Below, piece by piece: positions 55,305-64,000 of a DNA stretch of 64,000 nucleotides (positions are counted from its first letter, which is position 1; every line of letters starts with the position of its first letter). The position numbers and the translations under genes were made by a program. A model generated the notes under the pieces. That model did not search any database, had not been told where the DNA came from, and worked only from the letters and a program-made list of their open reading frames with translations. The DNA is from an uncultured Bacteroidales bacterium (GTDB lineage: Bacteria; Bacteroidota; Bacteroidia; Bacteroidales; B18-G4), in NCBI GenBank assembly GCA_964487735.1, contig CAZASJ010000007.1, positions 8,446 through 72,445 of the forward strand. Reading direction: 5' to 3'.

Positions 55305-56663
55305 TTAGCTTTTATTCAAGGGCAAATCAACCCCGTATCCATTCCTTTTATCCTGATATTTAAGCAAGAGGGCAAAGAACAGTCCGAGGAAGCTCAAGAA
55401 TATGAACAACAACATGGTTGGGGTATAATTCAGTGTTTCTGCGTTGGCAAGGTTTGTTTTGTCCAGGATGATTCCAGCCAGAAGGGGCACACCCCACAGG
55501 CCTAAATTCTGAATTGAATACATCAGGCCATAGGCGGTCCCGATTTCTTTATCCTTCACCAGGCGTACCATCGAAGGCCACATAGCTGCCGGAACCAGGC
55601 TGAAAGCCACACCCAGTAATATCATCGGAATATGAGGTGGGATATTGGTAAAGGTAAAACTGAGGTGAACGATGAGTAAAACCACCGATCCCGCGATCAT
55701 GGCAGTAGCAGCTTTCCCGTATCTGTCGATGATAAATCCGAAAAAGGGTGTAAAAAACAGTGTGCCCAAAGGCAGCAGTGAAGCAATTTGCCCACTGGCT
55801 TCATAACTCATACCAAATTTATTGAGCAAAAAGTCAGGTGCAAAGGCGTTGAAAGGAAAAACCGCCGAATAAAAGGTTACACAGATAATGGCAATGAAGA
55901 TGTATGCCCGGTTTCCCAGCAGATCAAAAACATCACTAAACTTAAATTTATCAATGCTTTCCTTTTTAGTTGTAAGTTCAATCTGCCGGTCAAGCTTCAT
56001 GTCAAAAAGCATATAAATCATGAATGCAAACAAACCGCTCAGGGTAAGAATGGCAGCCAGCCAAATTGCGGTATCAAGTTGGGCTCCCCCATCTGCCAAA
56101 ACGGGTGATAATTGAAGAGCGGCAAATGTTCCCAGGCGACCAAAACCTACTTTCAGTCCAAAAGCCAGTGCAAGGTCTTTCCCTTTAAACCACTTTACAA
56201 GGATCTTGCTCACCACCACTATGCTTGTTTCAGCGCCCAGGCCAAAGAAAAAGCGTCCCAGCAACATCATTTTCAGCTCGGGTGAATATGAAGGCCAGAA
56301 GGATTGCATAAAACCATATCCCAGACCACCGGAGCTGTATATTTTTGAGGCACCATAGGCGGTAAGCAATGCGCCAAAAGCCATGAAGAAAATAAACATA
56401 AAACCGGTCCGGCGTATCCCGAGCTTATCAAGAATGATACCCCCAACAACCGCCATTAAGAGAAAAGTATTGGGGATAGAATAAAAGGAAACAAAGAGGC
56501 CGTAATCCGTATTGGTAAAGCCAAATTCCTTGGTCATCAAATCCTTGAGCGTAGAAAAAGCGTCGTAGAAATAGTAGTTGACCGAGAGGATAAAACCCAC
56601 CAGTATTAGGATACCCCAGCGAACCCAGGGCTTTTCGTTCATTGCTTTGTTTAGCCGTTGCAT
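55305..56663 (-). CDS. MFS transporter
   Basis: About 12 hydrophobic segments. MFS loop motif GGIILDKLGIRRTG between TM2 and TM3. Confidence 0.85.
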   Translation of the reverse strand: MQRLNKAMNEKPWVRWGILILVGFILSVNYYFYDAFSTLKDLMTKEFGFTNTDYGLFVSFYSIPNTFLLMAVVGGIILDKLGIRRTGFMFIFFMAFGALLTAYGASKIYSSGGLGYGFMQSFWPSYSPELKMMLLGRFFFGLGAETSIVVVSKILVKWFKGKDLALAFGLKVGFGRLGTFAALQLSPVLADGGAQLDTAIWLAAILTLSGLFAFMIYMLFDMKLDRQIELTTKKESIDKFKFSDVFDLLGNRAYIFIAIICVTFYSAVFPFNAFAPDFLLNKFGMSYEASGQIASLLPLGTLFFTPFFGFIIDRYGKAATAMIAGSVVLLIVHLSFTFTNIPPHIPMILLGVAFSLVPAAMWPSMVRLVKDKEIGTAYGLMYSIQNLGLWGVPLLAGIILDKTNLANAETLNYTPTMLLFIFLSFLGLFFALLLKYQDKRNGYGVDLPLNKS

Positions 56664-56773
56664 AGAGGATTTTAGGGAAGCTAAAGTAAGAATAAATATT
56701 GGGACGGGCGACAGGCTAAGGGCAACAGCTCTTTTTCGTCGCCACCTCTAATGGAAAAGATCAATGCATAATC

Positions 56774-57811
56774 CTATTTGGATAGTATGTTATAGCCCAG
56801 CCCATCTTCCCTGGGCAGGAATAAATCAGTATCGTTAAGATCAGGCTGATCTCCATGAAAAATTCTGAAATAAAATTGCCTGATGTTGGGACTTTTTGAA
56901 GGGACAGGCCCTATAAAATAAGTATGGCTTGGCCCGGGTGGAATCTTAAATCCAACGGCCTTGGTAAAATCGATATATATGGCCTTTTTAGCCAAGGGCA
57001 TTTTGGGGCTGACACCCAGCTGCTCTCCCATTGAGGTAAATACCCTGGCACCATTTAAATTGATATCTTTTCTATTGCTAATCACATAGACATTTTCCGA
57101 AATATGAAGCTCATCTAACCATAGGTTATGCCCCTCCTGCTCTATTGAAGCAGCATTGATTATCACGTTATCGAAAAGATTATGTTCAAGCCCTTCTAAT
57201 ACCTTTTCCTTTACAGCCAATTCGATATAGTAGTTTCCTAAACTATGCATTAGCATAGAGAGCTTGTTCTCCTTAGGCCAAATCGCGGATTGCTTATATT
57301 TCTGTAGCATTAAGAGTAATTCTCTAAAATGATTCAGCCCTGCCTCTACATTTGTTCTTGAGTTTTTAAAATTCTTTATCCCATTTCCCTTATTCAACAT
57401 AGATGGCCAGCTAAAAACAATCACCTTAACATCGTACAGATTTTGAATATCAAGCCCTCTGACCGCTGCATCAATCGGTATTTTACTATCTCCATGAATA
57501 AATAGCAGCCAATCGTTACCCGGCTGTGCAAAAAGATCTGTTAAACTAAAATCAGGATTTTTATCGCAATGAATGCTGTCGCTGTCAGATTCAACTATAA
57601 ATACTTTCAGGGAATTTCGATGATCAATCTCATTTTTCAACACCATCCAGTCATCCTGTATGGTATCAACCTGCCTGTTGGTGATCAGTGGAAGCAAGGG
57701 ATCCGTGATATTGTAAAGTTTATACATGCTTATATCATGCTGGGCATCAAGCCTTAAACCAACACATAATATAATAAATAGGATCAATATCTTCTGAAAA
57801 TGCATCACCAT
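56774..57811 (-). CDS. DUF900-type alpha/beta hydrolase
   Basis: Signal/TM N-terminus. WLLFIHGDSK and nucleophile elbow MHSLGNYY match the DUF900 pattern (recall-based). Confidence 0.6.
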   Translation of the reverse strand: MVMHFQKILILFIILCVGLRLDAQHDISMYKLYNITDPLLPLITNRQVDTIQDDWMVLKNEIDHRNSLKVFIVESDSDSIHCDKNPDFSLTDLFAQPGNDWLLFIHGDSKIPIDAAVRGLDIQNLYDVKVIVFSWPSMLNKGNGIKNFKNSRTNVEAGLNHFRELLLMLQKYKQSAIWPKENKLSMLMHSLGNYYIELAVKEKVLEGLEHNLFDNVIINAASIEQEGHNLWLDELHISENVYVISNRKDINLNGARVFTSMGEQLGVSPKMPLAKKAIYIDFTKAVGFKIPPGPSHTYFIGPVPSKSPNIRQFYFRIFHGDQPDLNDTDLFLPREDGLGYNILSK

Positions 57812-57924
57812 TGAAGTTTATATATACCTTGTAAATATACAAAACTCCAGCCTCACATGAAGAATATTACCAACTGATTTTATATGCAAAAACCTTATTC
57901 ATGAAAAATGAAGGGATGATTGTC

Positions 57925-58851
57925 CTATTGAAAGATTATTTTCCTGCAAACAGTATGATTTCCCCTCCGGATGCATAACAGATAAACCCCTTTTGACACC
58001 TTCAAATCTGCTGCAGATGATTCGAAATGATGCTTCCCACGGGAAAGCCAGCCGTCATAAATTTGATTAAGCTGTTTACCCTGTAAATCAAAAATAGAAA
58101 AAGTGTAATTCCCTTCCTGTATATCATCGAAAGAAATGTTTACATTTTCGGAAACAGGGTTTGGAAATATTTTCAATGATTTATCAAGCCCAAATTCATC
58201 TACTGCAGCAGGTTCTGTGTAGGTGATTGTAAGAATGGGAGCATAAAATTCACCCCCAAATTCCCAGGAGCATGCAGCTTTAGGGTAATCCTCACCAAAA
58301 CCCGGGTTTGTTCCTTTAAAAAAGAACACCATGGCATTATTTTTCAGCCAGCCTTCCATATCAATAACTTCCTGAACAACATCACGGATATCATGTGTTC
58401 TCTGGTTTGGACCTGGTATGAATGCCTGCCACTCTGATGCGGCCCAGAATTCACTACGGTTTGTCGTTAGCCTGTCACTAATATTATATTCAACACCGGA
58501 AAATGGCAAAGGATTGGGATCTAATTCACAACGAACCCTTATCCCTGTAGTATCGTCATTGGCTTCAAAAGCGTAAAACTGAATATAGGCTGATTCAATG
58601 GTAGAGCCCGGTGCTATTGGAACAGATTGATACCGAAGCCCTATATGATAATACATTGCCGGTGGAAAAGTATACCCGACGAAAAGGTTTTCTGCTTCTA
58701 CAAACATTTCACCCGTGGGGTCCTCCCATGCAGGGTCACGGTATAATTGGTATGCATCGTCGTTCCCATCTGTAATATATAATGTAATTGTTTCCTGGGC
58801 CTGCATAATCCCAAATAAAATACAAACTAGGAGTACCAATAACTTTTTCAT
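57925..58851 (-). CDS. Secreted protein with DNRLRE-like module and T9SS C-terminal sorting domain
   Basis: Signal peptide MKKLLVLLVCILFGIMQAQ. IAPGSTIESAYIQFYAFEAND.., HDIRDVVQEVIDMEGWLKNNAMVFFF, APILTITY. CTD is IFPNPVSENVNISF..KGVYLLCIRRGNHTVCRKIIFQ. Confidence 0.65.
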   Translation of the reverse strand: MKKLLVLLVCILFGIMQAQETITLYITDGNDDAYQLYRDPAWEDPTGEMFVEAENLFVGYTFPPAMYYHIGLRYQSVPIAPGSTIESAYIQFYAFEANDDTTGIRVRCELDPNPLPFSGVEYNISDRLTTNRSEFWAASEWQAFIPGPNQRTHDIRDVVQEVIDMEGWLKNNAMVFFFKGTNPGFGEDYPKAACSWEFGGEFYAPILTITYTEPAAVDEFGLDKSLKIFPNPVSENVNISFDDIQEGNYTFSIFDLQGKQLNQIYDGWLSRGKHHFESSAADLKVSKGVYLLCIRRGNHTVCRKIIFQ

Positions 58852-59008
58852 AGCATATGTTTCTGGGTTAACCTATGCTAAGATACTGAATTTGAAAGCA
58901 AAAGTCCAGTAAAACTGTTGGGTGTTAAGTGTTGAGTGTTGAGTTGAGACCGGAGATAAGCGTGTCACTTTACGCAGTATGCCATCTGCCGGCAAAGCTC
59001 AAGGCCTT

Positions 59009-59887
59009 TTATACTTCCTTCTCTGCATCACTGGCGCAAAGTACCGGAATCCCAAGTTCATTGGTGAGAATCGACTCTTTATCGGAATCAGCAAAATAGT
59101 AGTTTTCCTGTGTAGGATTTACCATGATCGTGATCAGATCGGCACTATTTTTTTCAGCATATTGTAAAGTCTGCTTTGCAAAGCCAACTGAAAATACACT
59201 CTGGTCTTCAACCACCCGTTTATACCTGATTCCCTTTTCTGAAAAACCACTTTCAGCCAGGATAATATTATCCCTGAGTTTTTCTGTTTGTTCAAAGCCG
59301 GGCTTTGTAATAGAGTACAAATGAATCTCAGGATCAAATAGGCCCGCCACAAATACCATGGCTTCAACTTTCTTATCGTAGTCATCCTGTCCCCCAACAG
59401 GGAATATAACCGACTTGAATCCCTCTTCGGGAATGCATGATTTTTCCTGAACAACAAGGGTTGGAACAGGGATTCGTTTCAATAGTTTCAGTATATCAGG
59501 GCCAAAAAACTTCTGCCGTAGGCCTTTTCGGCCATGTGTTGCCATCACAAGCATACGAATGCTGTTTTGTGAAGCCATTTCAGGGATGGTGGTAAAAATG
59601 CTTCCTTCTTCACAGAAATAATCACATTGAATCCCCTTTGATTCATTTACCCTGTCGGCAATCTCTTTTAGCTTGGTCTTACAAACATCCATTGACCGGC
59701 CTTCGTCTTCAAAAACATGTAGCAGGCTGATAGTAAACTGGCTCTTTTTAGCAAGGAATACACCAAATTCTACAGCTTTGTCAGATGCATCAGTAAAATC
59801 TACCGGTATCAGTATTCTGTTCTCCATAATATGCGAATTATTTAAGGGATTATTATTTATCCAAAAAACAAATATAATCAATATCAA
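59009..59887 (-). CDS. Tandem universal stress protein (UspA-family) domains
   Basis: The probable start is MENRILIPVDFTDAS at 59827. The first Usp unit ends MATHGRKGLRQKFFGPDILKLLKRIPVPTLVV, and a second Usp-like unit follows. Confidence 0.85.
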   Translation of the reverse strand: MILIIFVFWINNNPLNNSHIMENRILIPVDFTDASDKAVEFGVFLAKKSQFTISLLHVFEDEGRSMDVCKTKLKEIADRVNESKGIQCDYFCEEGSIFTTIPEMASQNSIRMLVMATHGRKGLRQKFFGPDILKLLKRIPVPTLVVQEKSCIPEEGFKSVIFPVGGQDDYDKKVEAMVFVAGLFDPEIHLYSITKPGFEQTEKLRDNIILAESGFSEKGIRYKRVVEDQSVFSVGFAKQTLQYAEKNSADLITIMVNPTQENYYFADSDKESILTNELGIPVLCASDAEKEV

Positions 59888-59934
59888 AAGTTTATGCCTG
59901 TGATTTTTCTTAATATTGTGTTAAAAAGCAGTTC

Positions 59935-60741
59935 ATGACATTAATAGAAAAGTATGGCCCATGGGCAGTCATAGCCGGATCGGCAGAAGGTCTGGGAGAA
60001 GCATGGTCGCGTGCATTGGCCCGAAAGGGGATAAATTTAATTATGGTCGACCGCCAGGAAAATAAACTTCTTGAGCTGGCCGAAAAACTTCGGCTTGACC
60101 ATGGCATTTTAACCAAAACCATATCTCTTGATCTTTCCAATCCCGAATCATCTGAAAAGATCATGCAAGCAGTTTCCGGGTATAAATGCCGGCTATTAAT
60201 TTATAACGCAGCTTTCAGCCTTATCAAGCCATTCATCTCCCATACAAAGGAAGAACTCGATCAGTTTATAAGTATAAATACCTATACACAAATTCAATTG
60301 GTTCATGCTTTCTCAAAATTCCTTATCAGTCAAGGCAGCGGTGGTGGAATCATCATGATGTCGTCTCTGGCAGGGCTGATCGGTATGCAACTGGTTGCAC
60401 CCTACGCTGCAACTAAAGCTTTTGCCTGGAACCTTTCCGAAGCCATTCATCATGAGCTCAAAACACATAAGATCGATGTGATGGCCTGTATTGCCGGGGC
60501 TACCTCCACACCTGCATACAACAAAACAAATCCCGTATATGGTACACTCAAACCCCTGGTGATGAAACCTGAGGATGTTGCTGAAACAGCCCTCAAAAAA
60601 CTGGGCAGAAAAAGTTTATTTATTCCAGGATTTTCAAACCGTATGAATTATTTCATCCTTACACGACTGCTGCCCCGTAAAACAGCATCCCGCCTCGCGA
60701 ACAACACAATGAAAAAAATGTACTCTAAAAATCAATCCTGA
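59935..60741 (+). CDS. SDR-family oxidoreductase
   Basis: Cofactor loop AVIAGSAEGLGEAWSRALARKG, NAA, and catalytic S..YAATKAF (YxxxK). Confidence 0.9.
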   Translation: MTLIEKYGPWAVIAGSAEGLGEAWSRALARKGINLIMVDRQENKLLELAEKLRLDHGILTKTISLDLSNPESSEKIMQAVSGYKCRLLIYNAAFSLIKPFISHTKEELDQFISINTYTQIQLVHAFSKFLISQGSGGGIIMMSSLAGLIGMQLVAPYAATKAFAWNLSEAIHHELKTHKIDVMACIAGATSTPAYNKTNPVYGTLKPLVMKPEDVAETALKKLGRKSLFIPGFSNRMNYFILTRLLPRKTASRLANNTMKKMYSKNQS

Positions 60742-60742
60742 T

Positions 60743-62677
60743 ATGATGCTCAAACATCTGACAAAACTTGCTTTCTTCATCTTCATCTCAACGTTATTCA
60801 GTTGTAGCCATGCTCCATCCGAAAAGCCCAACATCATTATCATTTTTACCGATGATCAGGGTTACGCCGACCTGGGTTGCTATGGGGCAAAGGGATTTGA
60901 AACTCCCAACATAGATCGCCTGGCAGATGAGGGCATGCGATTTACAAGTTTTTATGTTTCAGAGGCCGTTTGCAGTGCCTCCAGGTCTTCACTCCTGACA
61001 GGATGCTATGCCCAGCGTGTCGGGATCCGCGGGGCGCTCTCCCCTTTTTCCATGACCGGCCTGAACAGGGAAGAAGAAACCATTGCTGCTATGCTTAAAA
61101 AACAAGGCTACAATACGTGTATGGTGGGCAAATGGCACCTGGGAAGCATCCCCGATTTCTATCCTGTAAATTATGGTTTTGATGAATACCTGGGAATCCC
61201 CTATTCAAACGATATGTGGCCGGTAGGATATGATGGAAGGTCCATCTCCGAAGGGTATAAAAGCATCTATCCTCCCCTGCCCCTGATCGAGGGGACTTCT
61301 GTAATAGATACCTTTAACAATCTTGCTGATCAGGAAAGAATAACAAGCCTGTATACTGCGCGGGCCATAGATTTTATTGAACGAAATACTGACTCCCCGT
61401 TTTTCCTTTATGTAGCTCACAATATGGTGCATGTGCCGCTGGCTGTATCAGAAAAATTTGCCGGAAGTTCCAAGCAGGGGATGTATGGCGATGTAATGCA
61501 GGAAATTGACTGGTCGCTTGGTGAGATCATGAAAAGCCTGCAGAAAAACGGGCTCGATGAAAAGACACTTATTATATATGCCAGCGACAATGGCCCCTGG
61601 TTGAATTTTGGCAATCATGGAGGCTCTGCTTTTCCGCTACGCGAAGGAAAAGGGAATGCCTGGGAAGGTGGTGTAAGAGTACCATGCATCATGTATTACC
61701 CCCAAATAATTGAGGCAGGTTCTGTGGTAGAGAATATGGCCTCAACCCTCGACATCCTTCCGACAATAGCAGCCCTTACGGGATCTCCCCTTCCGGAAAA
61801 AGAAATTGATGGGATAAACATTTTGCCCCTGTTGCAAGGCCAGCATGATGCAAACCCCAGAAATGAGTTCATTTACTATTATGAGGGGGCACTGTGCGCG
61901 GTAAGGCGAGGTGACTGGAAGCTTGTATTACCCCATAAATACCGCTCATACGCAGGTGTTAAGCCAGGAAAAGACGGAATCCCCGGGCCCTATAGCCGCG
62001 GTCAGGCCGGACTTGAATTGTACAACCTTCAAATGGATGTAGAAGAAAACGATGACCTGGCAGAAGGCAATCCTCAAAAGGTAGCGGAGCTGATGGCTAT
62101 GGCAGACAGTGTGAAGATCGCATTGGGCGACAGGGCAAGTGGCATTAAGGGAAATTCAAATCGGTCTCCCGGACGGATCAGGATGAATAATAGTCATACA
62201 GATCATAAAGCGAAATTAAAGAAATATACCCTGAAATATAAACCCAGTTACCGCTATCCGGGGGGCAGTGAATATGCCCTGACCGATGGATTTATGGCTT
62301 CTCTGGAGTTTAGCGATGAAAGCTGGATGGGATTTCATGGCGATGACCTTGAACTTGTAATCGATCTTGAAAAACAAACAGATATTCATACCATCAAAAT
62401 CAGCTTTCTGAGCAACCAGGCTTCCTGGATCTTCCTGCCGCTGAAAATTGAGGTTTTTACAGCTGACAATACCACTGAATTCAATCTGCTTGATTCACAG
62501 GAATTTGGCAATCCTGACAAAGACCTGGAAATCGGGAAACACATGTATAAATACTCAGGTTCTGCTAAAACTCAATTCCTGAGGATTATTGCAAAAAACA
62601 CGGGTATTTGCCCCGACTGGCATCCCGGCTATGGTGAGCATGCGTGGTTATTCGTGGATGAGATCGTTATTGAATAA
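60743..62677 (+). CDS. Formylglycine-dependent sulfatase with C-terminal discoidin (F5/8 type C)-like domain
   Basis: Signal/lipoprotein-like N-terminus ..STLFSCSH. PNIIIIFTDDQGYADLGCYG and Cys-type FGly motif CSASRSSLLTG. The ~140-aa C-terminal beta-sandwich-like extension ends WLFVDEIVIE. Confidence 0.9.
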   Translation: MMLKHLTKLAFFIFISTLFSCSHAPSEKPNIIIIFTDDQGYADLGCYGAKGFETPNIDRLADEGMRFTSFYVSEAVCSASRSSLLTGCYAQRVGIRGALSPFSMTGLNREEETIAAMLKKQGYNTCMVGKWHLGSIPDFYPVNYGFDEYLGIPYSNDMWPVGYDGRSISEGYKSIYPPLPLIEGTSVIDTFNNLADQERITSLYTARAIDFIERNTDSPFFLYVAHNMVHVPLAVSEKFAGSSKQGMYGDVMQEIDWSLGEIMKSLQKNGLDEKTLIIYASDNGPWLNFGNHGGSAFPLREGKGNAWEGGVRVPCIMYYPQIIEAGSVVENMASTLDILPTIAALTGSPLPEKEIDGINILPLLQGQHDANPRNEFIYYYEGALCAVRRGDWKLVLPHKYRSYAGVKPGKDGIPGPYSRGQAGLELYNLQMDVEENDDLAEGNPQKVAELMAMADSVKIALGDRASGIKGNSNRSPGRIRMNNSHTDHKAKLKKYTLKYKPSYRYPGGSEYALTDGFMASLEFSDESWMGFHGDDLELVIDLEKQTDIHTIKISFLSNQASWIFLPLKIEVFTADNTTEFNLLDSQEFGNPDKDLEIGKHMYKYSGSAKTQFLRIIAKNTGICPDWHPGYGEHAWLFVDEIVIE

Positions 62678-62718
62678 TGAATAATAAACATGGAATAATG
62701 AAGTAATTATTCAACATT

Positions 62719-64000
62719 CTATTTCAGCGGCATACCATTCATCCAGGGGGCACCGGCATCGATCAGTTTTTGTTCAAAAGCAGGGATCAGCTCATTTACG
62801 ATCACTTCCAGATCAACTTTTAGTCCTGTGAATTGCTCCTGAGCGATCGCAAGGCACATTTGCTGTGTGGCCGTTGGGCCATAATTCATATTCCAGAATC
62901 CGCCTGAAGCTGTTCCCAGGCGTTGTCTTACAGTTGGATAATCGTATTCACTCATTTCCTGTTTCGCCGGGTCGCCATACACCTGCTCTTCAAACTCAGC
63001 CAGCTCTTTCTTCAAGCCGTAAAGCTCTTCATATAATGAGGCTGCGGGAGTGGGCATCCTCGAAAGTGCTTTTTCCATACCGGCAAGCTTTTTCTTTGCT
63101 TCGCCAAGCACAATGGAAGCCGCTGATGTGGCCTCAAGCATCAGGTTGATCTCTTTTCTAAATGCCTGAGCATCGACCGGATCCATGCCCTTCAGGGCGC
63201 CCTCGAACAACTTCACAACATTGAACTCAACAGGGCCTGCAAGTTCTGTGATCTGCCCTTCAACTTCTTTGGAAATACTGGCAGCGTATTTCCCCGGTAT
63301 AACATTGCTGCCGGATGGCACCCATCCGCCTGAGGATGCTTCCCTGTGGATATCGATTGCTCCCCAGGCCGGATACCTCAGGTCCCAGGATTCCCTGTGA
63401 AAGCCTTTTGCAGTAGATCCACTGATCTTCCTTACAACATTTCCATCCATATCCCTGATGGTGATCCAAAGCTTTGGTTTTTCTTCCAAACGCTCCTCCT
63501 TCAGCACTTCCCATTCAGGAAATGCAAGAGCTTGCTCATCCTTCATCAGTTTGCTTTCCTCTTTCTTCCGGGCTGATTCCTTTGTGCTTAAGCCCTCTGC
63601 CAGATGATAGGTTATTACGGCACCATAGGCCGGATTTTCTGCTTTGTATACCGAAGCTCCCTGTGAACCGGCACCCTGTCGGTAAGAAAACATCCAGGCA
63701 TCCCTGATGGCATACATGCTGACCTCCTCTTTTAATTTTTCTTCTGTGATCTCACGTAGTGGAGTATAATCATCAAACACGAAAAATCCCCTGCCAAAGG
63801 ATGCACAAACCAGATCACCGCGTTCTTTTTGTATTACCAGGTCGCGGAATGAGATGCAGGGTATGCCCCCCTGCAGTTTGATCCACTTCACGCCACCATC
63901 AATGGTAAAAAATACACCATATTCAGTCGCTGCAAACATCAGCTCCGCTTTCACGAAATCCTGAACAACACGCCATACTAGATGATTTTCAGGGATATCC
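62719..64000 (-). CDS. C-terminal part of a large BNR/sortilin(VPS10)-like repeat protein (N-terminus beyond window edge)
   Basis: The reading frame stays open upstream of the track's GTG start through base 64000 (..DIPENHLVWRVVQDFVKAELMFAATEYG). It has a BNR-like unit FFTIDGGVKW. The tail resembles the C-terminal region of ~1000-aa Bacteroidota BNR/sortilin-like proteins (recall-based). Confidence 0.6.
   Translation of the reverse strand, partial: DIPENHLVWRVVQDFVKAELMFAATEYGVFFTIDGGVKWIKLQGGIPCISFRDLVIQKERGDLVCASFGRGFFVFDDYTPLREITEEKLKEEVSMYAIRDAWMFSYRQGAGSQGASVYKAENPAYGAVITYHLAEGLSTKESARKKEESKLMKDEQALAFPEWEVLKEERLEEKPKLWITIRDMDGNVVRKISGSTAKGFHRESWDLRYPAWGAIDIHREASSGGWVPSGSNVIPGKYAASISKEVEGQITELAGPVEFNVVKLFEGALKGMDPVDAQAFRKEINLMLEATSAASIVLGEAKKKLAGMEKALSRMPTPAASLYEELYGLKKELAEFEEQVYGDPAKQEMSEYDYPTVRQRLGTASGGFWNMNYGPTATQQMCLAIAQEQFTGLKVDLEVIVNELIPAFEQKLIDAGAPWMNGMPLK

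Noticed and set aside
60743-62677. Sulfatase considered as part of a polysaccharide utilisation locus
   Set aside because: There is no SusC/SusD pair, glycoside hydrolase or anaerobic sulfatase-maturase gene in the window. The neighbours are an SDR and a BNR/sortilin-like protein only, so no PUL call is justified.
1-64000. Search for CRISPR arrays, rRNA/tRNA genes, integrases, transposases, phage structural genes and toxin-antitoxin pairs
   Set aside because: No regularly spaced direct repeats were seen. There are no rRNA- or tRNA-like conserved strings, and no ORF has recombinase, transposase or phage hallmark motifs. The window therefore cannot be called a classical mobile island or prophage.

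Overview
AT-rich, gene-dense 64 kb window that looks like chromosomal DNA of a Bacteroidota-type organism. Four proteins end in T9SS/Por C-terminal sorting domains, many carry Sec or lipoprotein signals, and there is a LytS/LytTR two-component pair. I call 45 protein-coding genes plus one decayed gene. Two CDS are cut by the window edges: a secreted WD40 protein at 1..755, which is missing from the supplied ORF track, and a BNR/sortilin-like protein at 62719..64000. Firm anchors are clpB, pyruvate kinase, a class III cyclase-TPR protein, sulfatase, SDR, MFS transporter, AsmA-family protein, AMP-binding ligase, M28 peptidase and a CAT-family acetyltransferase. I found no rRNA, tRNA, CRISPR array, integrase or transposase gene. 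Bases 1..15.5 kb form a co-directional minus-strand array of secreted hydrolases and beta-propellers, headed by the kinase and LytTR regulator. The most unusual content is 18.4..26.4 kb, where two convergent operons encode four linked proteins. These are a signal-peptide-bearing His-swivel/ATP-grasp dikinase-like protein with glucan-water-dikinase-like domain order, two paralogous class-A-fold SxxK serine hydrolases, and a TLC/Npt nucleotide-carrier domain fused to HEAT repeats. I propose, as inference only, that they form an envelope phosphotransfer system supplied with nucleotide by its own carrier. Non-coding structure not explained by genes includes: inverted repeats (20 bp perfect core) bracketing a single outer-membrane-protein gene; an adjacent ~300 bp MITE-like element with terminal inverted repeats and a putative AT-rich target duplication; a three-copy multi-hairpin intergenic repeat family; a ~136 nt sequence duplicated upstream of two neighbouring secreted-protein genes; and a GC-rich multi-palindrome element. 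All functional calls rest on motifs read by eye and recalled family knowledge. No database search was run.
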